Below, piece by piece: positions 37,283 to 47,674 of a stretch of 64,000 bases of DNA (position 1 is the first letter of the stretch; every line of letters begins with the position of its first letter). This DNA is from Candidatus Kapaibacterium sp. (GTDB lineage: Bacteria > Bacteroidota > Ignavibacteria > Kapaibacteriales > UBA2268). A program made the translations under genes and the position numbers. Below the pieces are notes generated by a model that was not told where the DNA came from, ran no database searches, and saw nothing but the letters and a program-made list of their open reading frames with translations. Location: positions 1,088,001 through 1,152,000 of the forward strand of contig OY761611.1 of NCBI GenBank assembly GCA_963664875.1, in the 5' to 3' direction.

Positions 37283-39244
37283 ATGCGGTATCTAATTTGC
37301 TCAATTATTATAAGCCTATTGCTTATAAACTTATCTTTCGCAGATGAATACACAGAAGATTTTGAATCTGCCACACATAATGCCACCACATTTACCTCTA
37401 ATGGTTTTACTTTTAATTTGACTAATCAACTCAAAATATATAATTCCGGGAACTTTTATGAAGGCTACGACAACTCCAGACTAATGATTAGTACTGACAT
37501 TAATGGAGGTAATTCAGGGTATAATGGAAGTATGACAATATCCTCAGGCAAATTCTATTTAAAAAGTATGTATTTGTATCCCGGAGATCCTGATAAAGTT
37601 ACAGGTAATGTTACAATTGAACTTTGGAGTTCCGGTGCAATGATTACTTCTCTAACAAAAGGATTCAATCAGAATCCAAATGACTTCGAACTATGGGATA
37701 TCCAGTCGCCAAATAATCATATTCCAATCGATGAAATTAAATTTTCCTTTACAGGAAGTGTTACAAATTTGCGTATCGACCACTTCACTTTCGAAATAGC
37801 TCCTGAAATAAACATCCTCGGTAACGGAACTTCTATCACTGACGGAGATGCAACTCCCGATCTTAACGATCACACAGATTTTGGATCTGCAAATATCGCA
37901 GGCGAAACAGTTGTACGAACTTTTACAATTCAAAATTTAGGCACAAAAGTTCTTAGTCTCACAGGCCCTCCATATATTAGTATTGGTGGAGCAAATGCTG
38001 CTGACTTTTCTGTAACGGCTCAGCCTACTCCTACCATTGCAGCACTTACGGGCAGCACCACATTTAATATTACTTTTGATCCGAGTGCAGAAGGCACTCG
38101 TAGTGCGACAATCAGTATTGGCAATGACGATAGTGACGAAAATCCCTATAACTTTTCGATACAGGGTACCGGAACTGTTACACCGGAAATTGATGTTTCC
38201 GGAAACGGAAATTCAATTGCAAACGGCGACGTAACTCCAACCATTACTGACAATACAGATTTTGGCTCAATTCCTACCATCGGTGGTACTACTGAAAAGA
38301 TATTTACCATTAGTAATTCAGGTAACGGAGCATTGACCTTATCCGGCAATCCTATAATATCTATTGGAGGTGCCAACGCAGCCGACTTTACTGTTACTTC
38401 ACAGGCAAATTCACCTGTTGCTGCCAATGGTGGTTCAACCAATTTTACAATACAGTTTGACCCAAGCGTTTCTGCACTCAGGAGTGCAACTGTAACTATT
38501 CAAAATGATGACTCCGACGAATCGCCTTACACATTTGCTATCCAAGGAACAGGTGTAGATGTCTCTGTGCCTACATTATCATCTGTCGCTGCTTCCAACA
38601 TTACCGAAGGTACATCAAGTTCCGGTGGGAATATCACAAGCGATGGCGGTGCTGCAGTTACTGCTCGAGGAGTAGTTTGGAGTAAGACAAACACTCCAAC
38701 TTTGAGCAGCAATGAAGCAGGAAGCACTTCAGACGGCACCGGAACAGGAGCATTTACTTCTGACTTGTCTGCCTTGGAAGCAGGTACTAAATATTACGTT
38801 CGAGCCTATGCAAGTAACGCTGCAGGCACAGGCTACGGTAATGAAATTTCTTTCAGTACCTTAAACTTAGATATTTCTGTCTCACAAGTAACTAAAATCA
38901 GCGATACAGAATATTCTTTATCTTGCACAATAGACAATCAAATAGGTACAAACATTACAGCGAAAGGTATAGTCTGGAGTACATCTCAAAATCCAACTAC
39001 AAGCAGTAATTCAGGCATAGAAACCGCAGTAACCGGAGGCAATGCAGACTACACTCTAAATGCGTCTAATTTGTCAGTTGGTCCCGGCTATTACGTCAGG
39101 GCATACATAACAACTGCAAACGGCACGTTTTACTCGGATCAGATACATTTCGGGGTCGTACCTACTTTACCTGAATGGGGTTTAATTGCTTTACTATGCG
39201 GGTTACTTCTAAGCGGAGCGTGGACGATTTACAGAAGATTTTGA
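37283..39244 (+). CDS. Surface protein with two choice-of-anchor-D/Ig-like repeats, FN3-like domains and an IPTL-CTERM-like sorting signal
   Basis: Start at ATG 37283 (AAGGA RBS, signal peptide); two repeats PEI...GNG..I..GD.TP...D.TDFGS...FTI.N.G...DSDE.PY.F.IQGTG; RGVVWS...YYVRAYA; ends VPTLPEWGLIALL...IYRRF. Confidence 0.85.
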   Translation: MRYLICSIIISLLLINLSFADEYTEDFESATHNATTFTSNGFTFNLTNQLKIYNSGNFYEGYDNSRLMISTDINGGNSGYNGSMTISSGKFYLKSMYLYPGDPDKVTGNVTIELWSSGAMITSLTKGFNQNPNDFELWDIQSPNNHIPIDEIKFSFTGSVTNLRIDHFTFEIAPEINILGNGTSITDGDATPDLNDHTDFGSANIAGETVVRTFTIQNLGTKVLSLTGPPYISIGGANAADFSVTAQPTPTIAALTGSTTFNITFDPSAEGTRSATISIGNDDSDENPYNFSIQGTGTVTPEIDVSGNGNSIANGDVTPTITDNTDFGSIPTIGGTTEKIFTISNSGNGALTLSGNPIISIGGANAADFTVTSQANSPVAANGGSTNFTIQFDPSVSALRSATVTIQNDDSDESPYTFAIQGTGVDVSVPTLSSVAASNITEGTSSSGGNITSDGGAAVTARGVVWSKTNTPTLSSNEAGSTSDGTGTGAFTSDLSALEAGTKYYVRAYASNAAGTGYGNEISFSTLNLDISVSQVTKISDTEYSLSCTIDNQIGTNITAKGIVWSTSQNPTTSSNSGIETAVTGGNADYTLNASNLSVGPGYYVRAYITTANGTFYSDQIHFGVVPTLPEWGLIALLCGLLLSGAWTIYRRF

Positions 39245-39280
39245 TAAGTATTACGAAATAACAAATACTATTTATATTTA

Positions 39281-39316
39281 GGGAGTGCAAAGTTCAATGC
39301 TCTGCACTCCCCTTTT
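39281..39316 (+). terminator. Intrinsic terminator after the surface protein gene
   Basis: GGGAGTGCA..TGCACTCCC followed by CTTTT. Confidence 0.7.
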
Positions 39317-39397
39317 ATATTTCACCAATTCAATTCTTGAGACAAATGATTTTGACTGCACACAGAGATATTTAATATGCAGAAAAAAAACATGACC

Positions 39398-40561
39398 TTA
39401 TCTATAAGCCGGAATACCTGTTATATCTTCACCAAGGATAAGAGTATGTATCTCATGAGTTCCTTCATAGGTTTTTACTGATTCAAGATTTGCAGCATGC
39501 CTCATGACAGGATATTCGTCCAAGATGCCGTTAGCACCGTGAATTTCTCTTGCTCTTCTTGCTATTTCAAGAGCAATCTCTACATTGTTTCTTTTTGCAA
39601 ATGAAACATGTTGAGGTTTATAATTACCTGACTCCATTATTCTGCCCAGTCTTTGATTGACAAGTTGAGCTTTTGTGATTTCCGTCATCATGTAAACGAG
39701 TTTTTCTTGTGTAAGCTGAAAGCCGGCAATCGGCTTATCGAATTGAATTCTTGATTTGGAATATTGCAAGGCAGAATCAAACACAGACATTGCAGCTCCC
39801 ACAACTCCCCATGCTATACCATATCTTGCCTGAGTCAGGCAAGCCAAAGGTCCTTTTAATCCGGAAATATCTAATCTGTTTTCTTCAGGTACAAAAGCAT
39901 CCTGAAAAACGAGCTCACTTGTTACAGAAGCTCTAAGAGAATGTTTACCTTTCATTTCCGGAGCAGTAAAGCCTTCTGTACCCTTTTCGATAAGAAAACC
40001 GGTAATTTTTCCGTCTAACTTAGCCCAAACAACAGCTATATCAGCAATTGTACCATTAGTAATCCACATTTTGGCACCATTGAGCAAATAACCGCCGTCA
40101 ACTTTGACTGCAGTAGTAATCATTCCTCCGGGATTAGAACCAAAATCCGGTTCTGTGAGTCCAAAGCAACCTATAGCATCACCTGACGCAAGTTTAGGAA
40201 GCCATTTTCTCTTAATTGCCTCTGAGGCAAATTCATGGATTGGATACATGACCAATGAATTTTGTACAGAAGCAAATGAACGGATAGCCGAATCACCTCT
40301 TTCAAGTTCCTGCATAGCAAGTCCGTATGCAGTATAATTAGCACCGGCACCACCATACTCCTCAGGGATTTTGATACCAAGCAACCCAAGCTCAGCCATC
40401 TTTGGAATCAAATCGTGTGGAAAAGTTCCTTCACGGTAATGTTTATCTATTATAGGGACAATTTCATTTTCGGTAAAGTCCCTTACTGTATCTCGTATTA
40501 GTAGCTCTTCTTGCGTGTAGAGCGAGTCTGTATCATAATAGTCTATCGGATAAAAAGCCAT
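39398..40561 (-). CDS. gcdH: Glutaryl-CoA dehydrogenase-like acyl-CoA dehydrogenase
   Basis: ERGDS..RSFASVQ.SLVMYPI, GCFGLTEPDFGSNP, ARYGIAWG, LES..TYEGT.EIH.LILG. Confidence 0.85.
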   Translation of the reverse strand: MAFYPIDYYDTDSLYTQEELLIRDTVRDFTENEIVPIIDKHYREGTFPHDLIPKMAELGLLGIKIPEEYGGAGANYTAYGLAMQELERGDSAIRSFASVQNSLVMYPIHEFASEAIKRKWLPKLASGDAIGCFGLTEPDFGSNPGGMITTAVKVDGGYLLNGAKMWITNGTIADIAVVWAKLDGKITGFLIEKGTEGFTAPEMKGKHSLRASVTSELVFQDAFVPEENRLDISGLKGPLACLTQARYGIAWGVVGAAMSVFDSALQYSKSRIQFDKPIAGFQLTQEKLVYMMTEITKAQLVNQRLGRIMESGNYKPQHVSFAKRNNVEIALEIARRAREIHGANGILDEYPVMRHAANLESVKTYEGTHEIHTLILGEDITGIPAYR

Positions 40562-40663
40562 TTTTTCCTCTCAAAGGTAAAATAGTGAGTTATAAAATTT
40601 CATATTTCAATGTTTATCTAAAAAAAATATTGTAAATAAGTTGCTGAGTTAGCAAAAAGTTCT

Positions 40664-40710
40664 TATTTTTGTAGAACTGATATGGGAAAGGCCACGAGTG
40701 CCTTTTTTTT
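40664..40710 (+). promoter_or_regulatory. Promoter element and leader terminator (attenuator) of the nusA-infB operon
   Basis: TATTTTTG at 40664-40671, then AAAGGC-CACGAGT-GCCTTTTTTTT at 40687-40710, before the first gene. Confidence 0.6.
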
Positions 40711-40789
40711 ATTATAGGTACCAACACAAGCAAATTATAACTTGCTTACAAATAATTTCAGTATTTGTTCAAATATTTTGAAGAAAGCA

Positions 40790-42115
40790 ATGGCAAGGCG
40801 CAAAGTTAATCAAAAAAACGATAAGAAAGTAATCATCGAAGCTTTTGCAGAAATGGCAAAGCATAAAAGCATAGACCGAGATTTGCTGCAGGGGGTCCTC
40901 GAAGAGACTTTGTCTATGATTATCAGGAAAAAATACGGACCTGATGCCAATTTTGACATTATTGTAAACATGGAAAAAGGCGACATAGAAATATATCTTA
41001 CACGCGAAGTTATCGACGAAGATTTCCTCGAAGATGAAGATACTCAAATTTCTGTGCAGGAAGCCAATATGTACAGCGATGAAACATACGAAATTGGCGA
41101 TGAATTTATCGAAGAAATAACTTTGGACAATATAGCTGAAAACTTCGGTCGCAGATTGATTTCACTTGCCTCTCAAAACCTGAACCAAAGAATTAGAGAA
41201 ATTGAAAAAGACAACATATATAATGAATACGCTTCAAAACTAAACGAGATTTTAGTTGGTGAGGTTTATCAAATCAGACGTCATGACATTTTAGTACTTC
41301 ACAACAAAATTGAATGCCGTTTGCCTCGAGAAGAGCAAATACCTAATGAAAGTTACAGACACAAAAAAAATCAGAGCATAAAAACTATAGTCAAAGAAGT
41401 AAAAAGAAACGGTGCAGGCGGTCAGCCGGAAGTCATACTTTCCCGCTCTTCAGAAGAGTTTTTAGCAAGATTGTTTGAAATAGAAATTCCTGAGATTTAC
41501 GATGGCATCATCCAAATCAAAGGTATTGCAAGAGATCCGGGCGAAAGAAGTAAAGTTTCTGTTATGTCTTTTGATGACAGAGTAGATCCTGTTGGTGCTT
41601 GCGTAGGTATGAAAGGTATTCGTATCCACTCTATAGTTAGAGAGTTAAATAACGAAAACATCGACTTGATACAGTTTTCAGAAGATATCAAAACATATAT
41701 CGAAAGAGCTCTCTCTCCTGCAAGAGTAAAAGAAATTACTGTTGACGAAGAAACTCTAAGCGCTACAGTGATAGTGCCGGACGACCAAGTATCTCTTGCT
41801 ATAGGTAAAAACGGTCAGAACGTTCGACTTGCTTCCAAGCTGACAGGTTATGCACTTTCCTTAGTAAAAGAAGGATTTGAAGATATAGATTTGAGCGAGT
41901 TTAAAGTAGAACTCGGCGAAGAACTTTATAATGAACTCATGGAAGACGGCATCAGCACCGCTAGAGAGTTCTTAGATGCTGACCCTGCTGACTTATTAGC
42001 ATTAAACAGCTTGAATAAAGAATTTTTATTAGAACTTAGAACTATCATGCTCACAGAACTTGAAGAAGAAGAATCTCAAGAAACTGTAGCCTTGATAAAT
42101 AGTATAGATTTATAG
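40790..42115 (+). CDS. nusA: Transcription termination/antitermination factor NusA
   Basis: EIPEIYDG, ARDPGERSK, DPVGACVG.KG.RI, AIGKNGQNVRLA; start moved to ATG 40790. Confidence 0.97.
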   Translation: MARRKVNQKNDKKVIIEAFAEMAKHKSIDRDLLQGVLEETLSMIIRKKYGPDANFDIIVNMEKGDIEIYLTREVIDEDFLEDEDTQISVQEANMYSDETYEIGDEFIEEITLDNIAENFGRRLISLASQNLNQRIREIEKDNIYNEYASKLNEILVGEVYQIRRHDILVLHNKIECRLPREEQIPNESYRHKKNQSIKTIVKEVKRNGAGGQPEVILSRSSEEFLARLFEIEIPEIYDGIIQIKGIARDPGERSKVSVMSFDDRVDPVGACVGMKGIRIHSIVRELNNENIDLIQFSEDIKTYIERALSPARVKEITVDEETLSATVIVPDDQVSLAIGKNGQNVRLASKLTGYALSLVKEGFEDIDLSEFKVELGEELYNELMEDGISTAREFLDADPADLLALNSLNKEFLLELRTIMLTELEEEESQETVALINSIDL

Positions 42116-42191
42116 AGAATTATCCCTTTTTAGTCTTTAAAATTTGGATAAACGGAATTATATTTTTCAGAAAAATGAGTATTAGAGGTTT

Positions 42192-45100
42192 ATGGCTGCC
42201 GTAAAAAAAACAAAACTGTTTAAAATCGCTTCCGAAATAAACATTGGTAAGGATGCAATAATTGAATTTTTGCAGTCTAAAGGCTTTGATATTGAAAACA
42301 AGCCTACTGCTACCCTTACGCCTGACATGGTGGATGTGGTACACGATAAATTCAAAAAAGAAATAAAGGCTGCAGAAAAACAAAGAGAAAAATTGCAAAG
42401 ACACAAAGACACACGCAAAACTTCTCAGGATTCCGCTCAGGAAGAAGGCAATGCTCCTTCGCCTGCTAAAGAGTCTATGTCTTCAGGCAGTGCTGTTGTT
42501 TCTGATGTACAAGCTGACTCCGCAAAAGTAAGACCTGCGGATTCGGATGCTAATATCAAACCGGGCATGGTTATCGATTTATCTGCCCACAATAAAAAAC
42601 CAGCTGAGTCAAGAGAAACAGCTAAAAATATTAAACCTCATCCTAAGGAAGAAAGCCAAAATAAAACTGAAAATACTCAATCTAATACTTCTGATTCTGT
42701 AAAAGATATTGCCGCTCCAAATAGAAATGATTCCAATGTTCGTCCGAGAAATGAAGACGACAGACGACCAAGACGTGATAGAGATAATTTCAACAGAGAC
42801 GATAGACAGCCACGTTCAAATGAAAACAGACCTCCTCGCTCTAACGATAACAGACCTCCTCGCGACAGGGACAATAGACCGCCAAGAGATGGCGACAACA
42901 GACCACAAAGAGATGGCGATTACCGTCAAAGACGTGATGATAGAGGTGCCGAAGGTAGAGGTAATGACAACAGACCTCCTCGCTATAACGACAATAGACC
43001 ACCTCGCGACAGAGACAACAGACCGCCGAGAGACGGAGATAACAGACCTCAAAGAGATGGCGATTACCGTCAAAGACGTGATGACAGAGGTGCAGAAGGA
43101 AGAGGCAATGACAACAGACCACCTCGCTATAATGACAACAGACCGCCAAGAGACGGAGATAACAGACCTCAAAGAGATGGCGATTACCGTCAAAGACGCG
43201 ATGACAGAGGTGCCGAAGGTAGAGGTAATGACAACAGACCACCTCGCGATAGAGATTTCAGAGACAACCGTGACAGGTTTACTCCGGGTGAAGGTGGTGC
43301 AAGAGACTTTGGTGGCGACAAAGACGACCGCCCTAGAAAAAAACGCAAAAATATTATAGAAGTGAATCCGGGTGATGCTCCTCAGTTGAAAGGACTTACA
43401 GTTCTTGGGAAAATTGACATCAATCCTGAAGATTCAGACATGGGTAAAGGTGGAAAATCCCGCAAGGTAGTGAAAAAGAAAAAAGTTACTCCTGAAGCAG
43501 GTAAAGAAAAACAACCTAAAGTTGTTAAAAAAGATCCTCCTAAAAAATTGAAAAAAACAGAAATAGAACGTACTATTTCTCAAGAAGATGACAATATTCG
43601 CAAGAAAAAGAAAAAACGTAAAAAATCAGTTAGAGACATGATTAGCCAAGACGATGTGAACAAGGCTATTAAGGAAACTCTATCTGAAATGGATCACTCG
43701 AGCACTGCTGTTTCCCGTGCAAAAAACAAACAGAAACGCAGAATGGAAAGAGAAGAAAAAGAAGCTCGTATCCAGGAAGAATTGGACAAAGAAGCGAATA
43801 TTTTAGAACTTACAGAATTTGTTACTACAAGTGACTTGGCAAATCTCATGGGTATCGGCGTAAGCGAAATCATCATGAAATGTATGCAGCTTGGCTTGAT
43901 GGTAACTATCAATCAAAGATTGGATAAGGACACTATTGTGCTTATCGCTGTTGATTATGGGTTCGATGTTAAGTTCCATGATGAGAAATCATTACAGTTC
44001 ATTGACGAAGAAGATTCAGAAGAAGATGAAGATTTACTACCTCGCTCCCCTATTGTTACTATAATGGGTCACGTGGATCATGGTAAGACATCTCTTCTTG
44101 ACAATATTCGCTCTTCTAATGTAGTTGCCGGCGAAGCAGGTGGTATCACTCAGCACATCGGTGCCTATAAAGTAAGACTTGATGACGGACGCTCAGTTAC
44201 ATTTTTGGATACTCCGGGTCACGAAGCATTTACTGCGATGAGAGCCCGTGGTGCACAAGTAACAGATATCGTAGTCCTTATAGTTGCAGCAGACGACAGC
44301 GTAATGCCTCAAACTATAGAAGCTATTTCTCACGCGAAAGCTGCTGAAGTGCCTATAGTAGTTGCAATTAACAAAATTGACAAACCTGACGCACAACCTG
44401 ACAGAATCCGTCAGCAGTTAGCTGATTACGGCGTGTTGGTCGAAGATTGGGGCGGTAAATATCAGGTAGCTGAAATTTCAGCAAAACATGGTTTAAATAT
44501 ATCTCAGCTTTTAGAAAAAATTCTCTTAGAAGCTGAAATGTTAGAGCTTAAAGCAAATCCGGACAGATTAGCTCGCGGTATTGTCGTCGAAGCTAATATG
44601 GAAAAAGGACTTGGTGCCACTGCTACTATTATCGTACAAAAAGGTACTCTAAGAGTTGGCGATCCGTTTGTTTCAGGTGTATATTCAGGTAGAGTGAGAG
44701 CTTTGCTCGATGAACGCGGTAATAAATTAGAATCTGCCGGCCCTGCTGACCCGGTAATGGTTATCGGCTACGACGGTCTGCCTGAAGCAGGCGATAGCTT
44801 TATCACTACAAACACAGATTCGGAAGCTCGTAGCATCGCTAACGAAAGAAAACAGCTTAAACGCGAACAAGAACTCAGACAAGTACGTCACATGACATTG
44901 GATGAAATCTCCGCTCAAATTTCTGTGGGTGGCATCAAAGATTTGAATCTTGTAATCAAAGGCGACGTATCCGGTTCTATCGAAGCCATAAGCGATTCGT
45001 TATTGAGATTGTCAACCGGCGAAGTAAGGGTAAACATTTTACACAAAGGTGTCGGCTCAGTAACAGAAAACGACGTTATGTTAGCAGCAGCGTCCCGAGC

Positions 45101-45551
45101 AATTATTATCGGATTTAATACTACTCCTACCGGCAAAGCCAGAAGAGTAGCCGAAACAGAATCGGTAGAAATTAGAAACTACAGCATCATTTATGATTGT
45201 ATCAATGAAGTACACCTTGCACTCGAGGGTCTTTTGACTCCGGATGTCCACGAGGAAATAGTAGCTGAAGTAGAAGTACGTCAGACATTTAAAATTTCCA
45301 AAGTTGGTGTCATTGCAGGTTGCTATGTGCAGAGTGGTAAAATTCGCAGAAACGACAGAGTCCGTGTCATGCGTGACGGCTTTGAAGTATTCCGCGGCAC
45401 TATCCACTCGCTTAAGAGAGAGAAAGATGATGTTAGAGAAGTAGATCAAAAGTACGAATGCGGTATTCAGCTCAATGGATTTAACGACATCCACGAAGGT
45501 GATATAATAGAAGCATTCAAAGAAGTTGAAGTAAAACGTACTCTAGCATAA
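42192..45551 (+). CDS. infB: Translation initiation factor IF-2
   Basis: MGHVDHGKTSLLD, GGITQHIGAY, DTPGHEAF, NKID; long low-complexity N terminus. Confidence 0.98.
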   Translation: MAAVKKTKLFKIASEINIGKDAIIEFLQSKGFDIENKPTATLTPDMVDVVHDKFKKEIKAAEKQREKLQRHKDTRKTSQDSAQEEGNAPSPAKESMSSGSAVVSDVQADSAKVRPADSDANIKPGMVIDLSAHNKKPAESRETAKNIKPHPKEESQNKTENTQSNTSDSVKDIAAPNRNDSNVRPRNEDDRRPRRDRDNFNRDDRQPRSNENRPPRSNDNRPPRDRDNRPPRDGDNRPQRDGDYRQRRDDRGAEGRGNDNRPPRYNDNRPPRDRDNRPPRDGDNRPQRDGDYRQRRDDRGAEGRGNDNRPPRYNDNRPPRDGDNRPQRDGDYRQRRDDRGAEGRGNDNRPPRDRDFRDNRDRFTPGEGGARDFGGDKDDRPRKKRKNIIEVNPGDAPQLKGLTVLGKIDINPEDSDMGKGGKSRKVVKKKKVTPEAGKEKQPKVVKKDPPKKLKKTEIERTISQEDDNIRKKKKKRKKSVRDMISQDDVNKAIKETLSEMDHSSTAVSRAKNKQKRRMEREEKEARIQEELDKEANILELTEFVTTSDLANLMGIGVSEIIMKCMQLGLMVTINQRLDKDTIVLIAVDYGFDVKFHDEKSLQFIDEEDSEEDEDLLPRSPIVTIMGHVDHGKTSLLDNIRSSNVVAGEAGGITQHIGAYKVRLDDGRSVTFLDTPGHEAFTAMRARGAQVTDIVVLIVAADDSVMPQTIEAISHAKAAEVPIVVAINKIDKPDAQPDRIRQQLADYGVLVEDWGGKYQVAEISAKHGLNISQLLEKILLEAEMLELKANPDRLARGIVVEANMEKGLGATATIIVQKGTLRVGDPFVSGVYSGRVRALLDERGNKLESAGPADPVMVIGYDGLPEAGDSFITTNTDSEARSIANERKQLKREQELRQVRHMTLDEISAQISVGGIKDLNLVIKGDVSGSIEAISDSLLRLSTGEVRVNILHKGVGSVTENDVMLAAASRAIIIGFNTTPTGKARRVAETESVEIRNYSIIYDCINEVHLALEGLLTPDVHEEIVAEVEVRQTFKISKVGVIAGCYVQSGKIRRNDRVRVMRDGFEVFRGTIHSLKREKDDVREVDQKYECGIQLNGFNDIHEGDIIEAFKEVEVKRTLA
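42825..43270 (+). repeat. Coding tandem repeats in the infB N-terminal region
   Basis: 24-nt DNRPPRxx units nested in larger units; gatggcgattaccgtcaaagacg recurs at 42912, 43056 and 43176. Confidence 0.9.
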
Positions 45552-45553
45552 TT

Positions 45554-45937
45554 ATGGCAAACAGAGCAGAAAAAGTAGCAAATGAAGTTAAAAAAGTGCT
45601 GTCCGGAGAAGTATCCCGGATAGCACTTGATAATGGTTTTGGCATGGCAACTCTTACAGCAGTTCGTATGTCAAAAGACCTTCAGGTTGCAAAAATATAT
45701 ATCAGCAGTTTCGGTTCCAACAAAGGTCCGGGCGAGCTTATTGATTTATTTAATAATCACATCGGCGAGCTTAGGTATCTTGTTGGCAAACAGTTGAGAT
45801 TGCGGTTTACCCCTGAATTGAGACTATTCTTTGATGATACACTTGATCAGATTGAGCACATTCAGGAACTATTAGACAAAGCCGATGTCAAAGGCTTAGA
45901 AAATAAAGATTATAATATCCCGGAAGATGAAGAATAG
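45554..45937 (+). CDS. rbfA: Ribosome-binding factor A
   Basis: VRMSKDLQVAKIY, LRFTPELRLFFD. Confidence 0.95.
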   Translation: MANRAEKVANEVKKVLSGEVSRIALDNGFGMATLTAVRMSKDLQVAKIYISSFGSNKGPGELIDLFNNHIGELRYLVGKQLRLRFTPELRLFFDDTLDQIEHIQELLDKADVKGLENKDYNIPEDEE

Positions 45938-45942
45938 AACCA

Positions 45943-46674
45943 ATGATACTTACCAAGGATAATGTTTCCCAATTCCCCGCATGGAAAAAATCTATAAGCG
46001 AGACAGGTGCTGTGTTGCTTATCAATAAAGATTTGGATTGGACATCATTTGATGTCGTAGCCAAAGTCAGGAATATGACTAAAGCTAAAAAAGTAGGTCA
46101 TGCCGGCACTTTAGACCCGTTGGCAACCGGTTTGCTAATCCTTTGTCTTGGGAAAGCTACTAAAACTATAGAACAGTATCAGGGTATGCCTAAAACATAT
46201 TCGGGTACTATCAAATTAGGGGCTACTACTAAAACTGACGATTCTGAGGCTGAAGAAGAAAACATCTGCGATGCTTCAAATGTCAGCTTAGAGACTGTAG
46301 TAGAAACAGCAAATAAGCTTTCAGGACAATTAGCTCAGATCCCCCCTATGTTTTCTGCCAAAAAAGTAAAAGGTCAAAAGCTATACGAATTGGCAAGAAA
46401 AGACAAAACTGTTGAATTAACGCCTTCGCAGATAGAGGTTTACAAGTTTGATATTGTAAAATTTGAAAACCCGTTTATTACTTTTAGGATTGAATGTTCT
46501 AAAGGTACATATATTAGAGCATTGGCAAGAGATATGGGTCAGATGATAGGTACCGGTGCTTATCTTGCCTCTTTGCACAGAGATGCAATCGGAGAATTGC
46601 ACTCAGACAAGGCTCTTACTGTAAGAGAATTTCAGGAATTAGCAACAAGCATCGAACATAATGAAAGTCTATAA
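45943..46674 (+). CDS. truB: tRNA pseudouridine(55) synthase
   Basis: KVGHAGTLDPLATG, PPMFSA.K..G..LY.LAR, CSKGTYIRALA. Confidence 0.97.
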   Translation: MILTKDNVSQFPAWKKSISETGAVLLINKDLDWTSFDVVAKVRNMTKAKKVGHAGTLDPLATGLLILCLGKATKTIEQYQGMPKTYSGTIKLGATTKTDDSEAEEENICDASNVSLETVVETANKLSGQLAQIPPMFSAKKVKGQKLYELARKDKTVELTPSQIEVYKFDIVKFENPFITFRIECSKGTYIRALARDMGQMIGTGAYLASLHRDAIGELHSDKALTVREFQELATSIEHNESL

Positions 46675-47611
46675 CTCATTTGACGATATAAAATTCGAGA
46701 AAAATACCATCTTGACTGTTGGGACATTTGACGGTGTACACAAAGGTCATCAGCAGATAATAGGAAGACTTCTCGAGATAGCAAAACAGGAAAATCTGAG
46801 ACCTGTGATAGTAACAATTCATCCTCATCCGCAGGTAGTTTTGAGAAAATCAGGAACAGATGCCTTACATTTGCTTACGTCCATTGAGGAAAGGCTCACT
46901 TTATTTGAGAATTATGGCATCGACCATACGCTTGTTATTCCATTTTCTTACGAATTTTCTCTGACATCGCCGGAAGATTTTGTCAAACAGTATTTGATTA
47001 ACAAAATTGGTATGAAAAAAATACTGATTGGTTATGATCATCTTTTTGGCAAAAATCGTGAAGGAAGTCAGGAATTGTTGCAAAAACTATCAAAAGAGTA
47101 TGATTTTGAAGTAGAGCGTTTAGATGCACGGAAAGACAATGACTTAATCATTTCGAGTACAGCTATCAGACAACACCTCCAAAATCACAGAATCAAAGAA
47201 GCAGCCGCTTTGCTTGGATACAGTTATCACCTCAGAGGCAAAGTAGTGGTAGGCGACCGCCGTGGCAACACCATTGGCTACCCTACTGCAAACGTACGCC
47301 CCAATGAGCCAAACAAACTGATGCCGGCAAACGGAGTCTATTTAGTTCATGCCAAGATTAAAAATGAAATAGTTTTTGGGATGGCAAATATAGGCACAAG
47401 ACCCACTTTCACTGATGACATACTGCCAACACTGGAAGTTAATTTCTTTGATTTTGATGACGACATTTATGGTAAATATATTACTGTAAACTTTTTGGAG
47501 TTTTTGAGAAAAGAAGTTAAATTTGATTCTTTGCAAGCTCTTCTAAATCAATTAGAAGAGGACAAAAAAAATTGTCAACAAATAATCAAAAAACTTTACA
47601 AATACAAATAA
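46661..47611 (+). CDS. ribF: Riboflavin kinase/FAD synthetase
   Basis: GTFDGVHKGHQ, ISSTAIR, GYPTAN, NIGTRPTF. Confidence 0.97.
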   Translation: MKVYNSFDDIKFEKNTILTVGTFDGVHKGHQQIIGRLLEIAKQENLRPVIVTIHPHPQVVLRKSGTDALHLLTSIEERLTLFENYGIDHTLVIPFSYEFSLTSPEDFVKQYLINKIGMKKILIGYDHLFGKNREGSQELLQKLSKEYDFEVERLDARKDNDLIISSTAIRQHLQNHRIKEAAALLGYSYHLRGKVVVGDRRGNTIGYPTANVRPNEPNKLMPANGVYLVHAKIKNEIVFGMANIGTRPTFTDDILPTLEVNFFDFDDDIYGKYITVNFLEFLRKEVKFDSLQALLNQLEEDKKNCQQIIKKLYKYK

Positions 47612-47674
47612 TTTACGTATATTTGTGTTTTATTGGAAAATAGTAGAGCAATAAATTTAATCGGAGCAAGATTA

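Noticed and set aside
42825-43270. CRISPR array
   Set aside because: Repeats are in-frame coding units within infB, with no unique spacers and no cas genes.
42677-43359. Alternative-frame and antisense ORFs over the infB repeats
   Set aside because: Expected by-product of a repeat that lacks stop codons in several frames.
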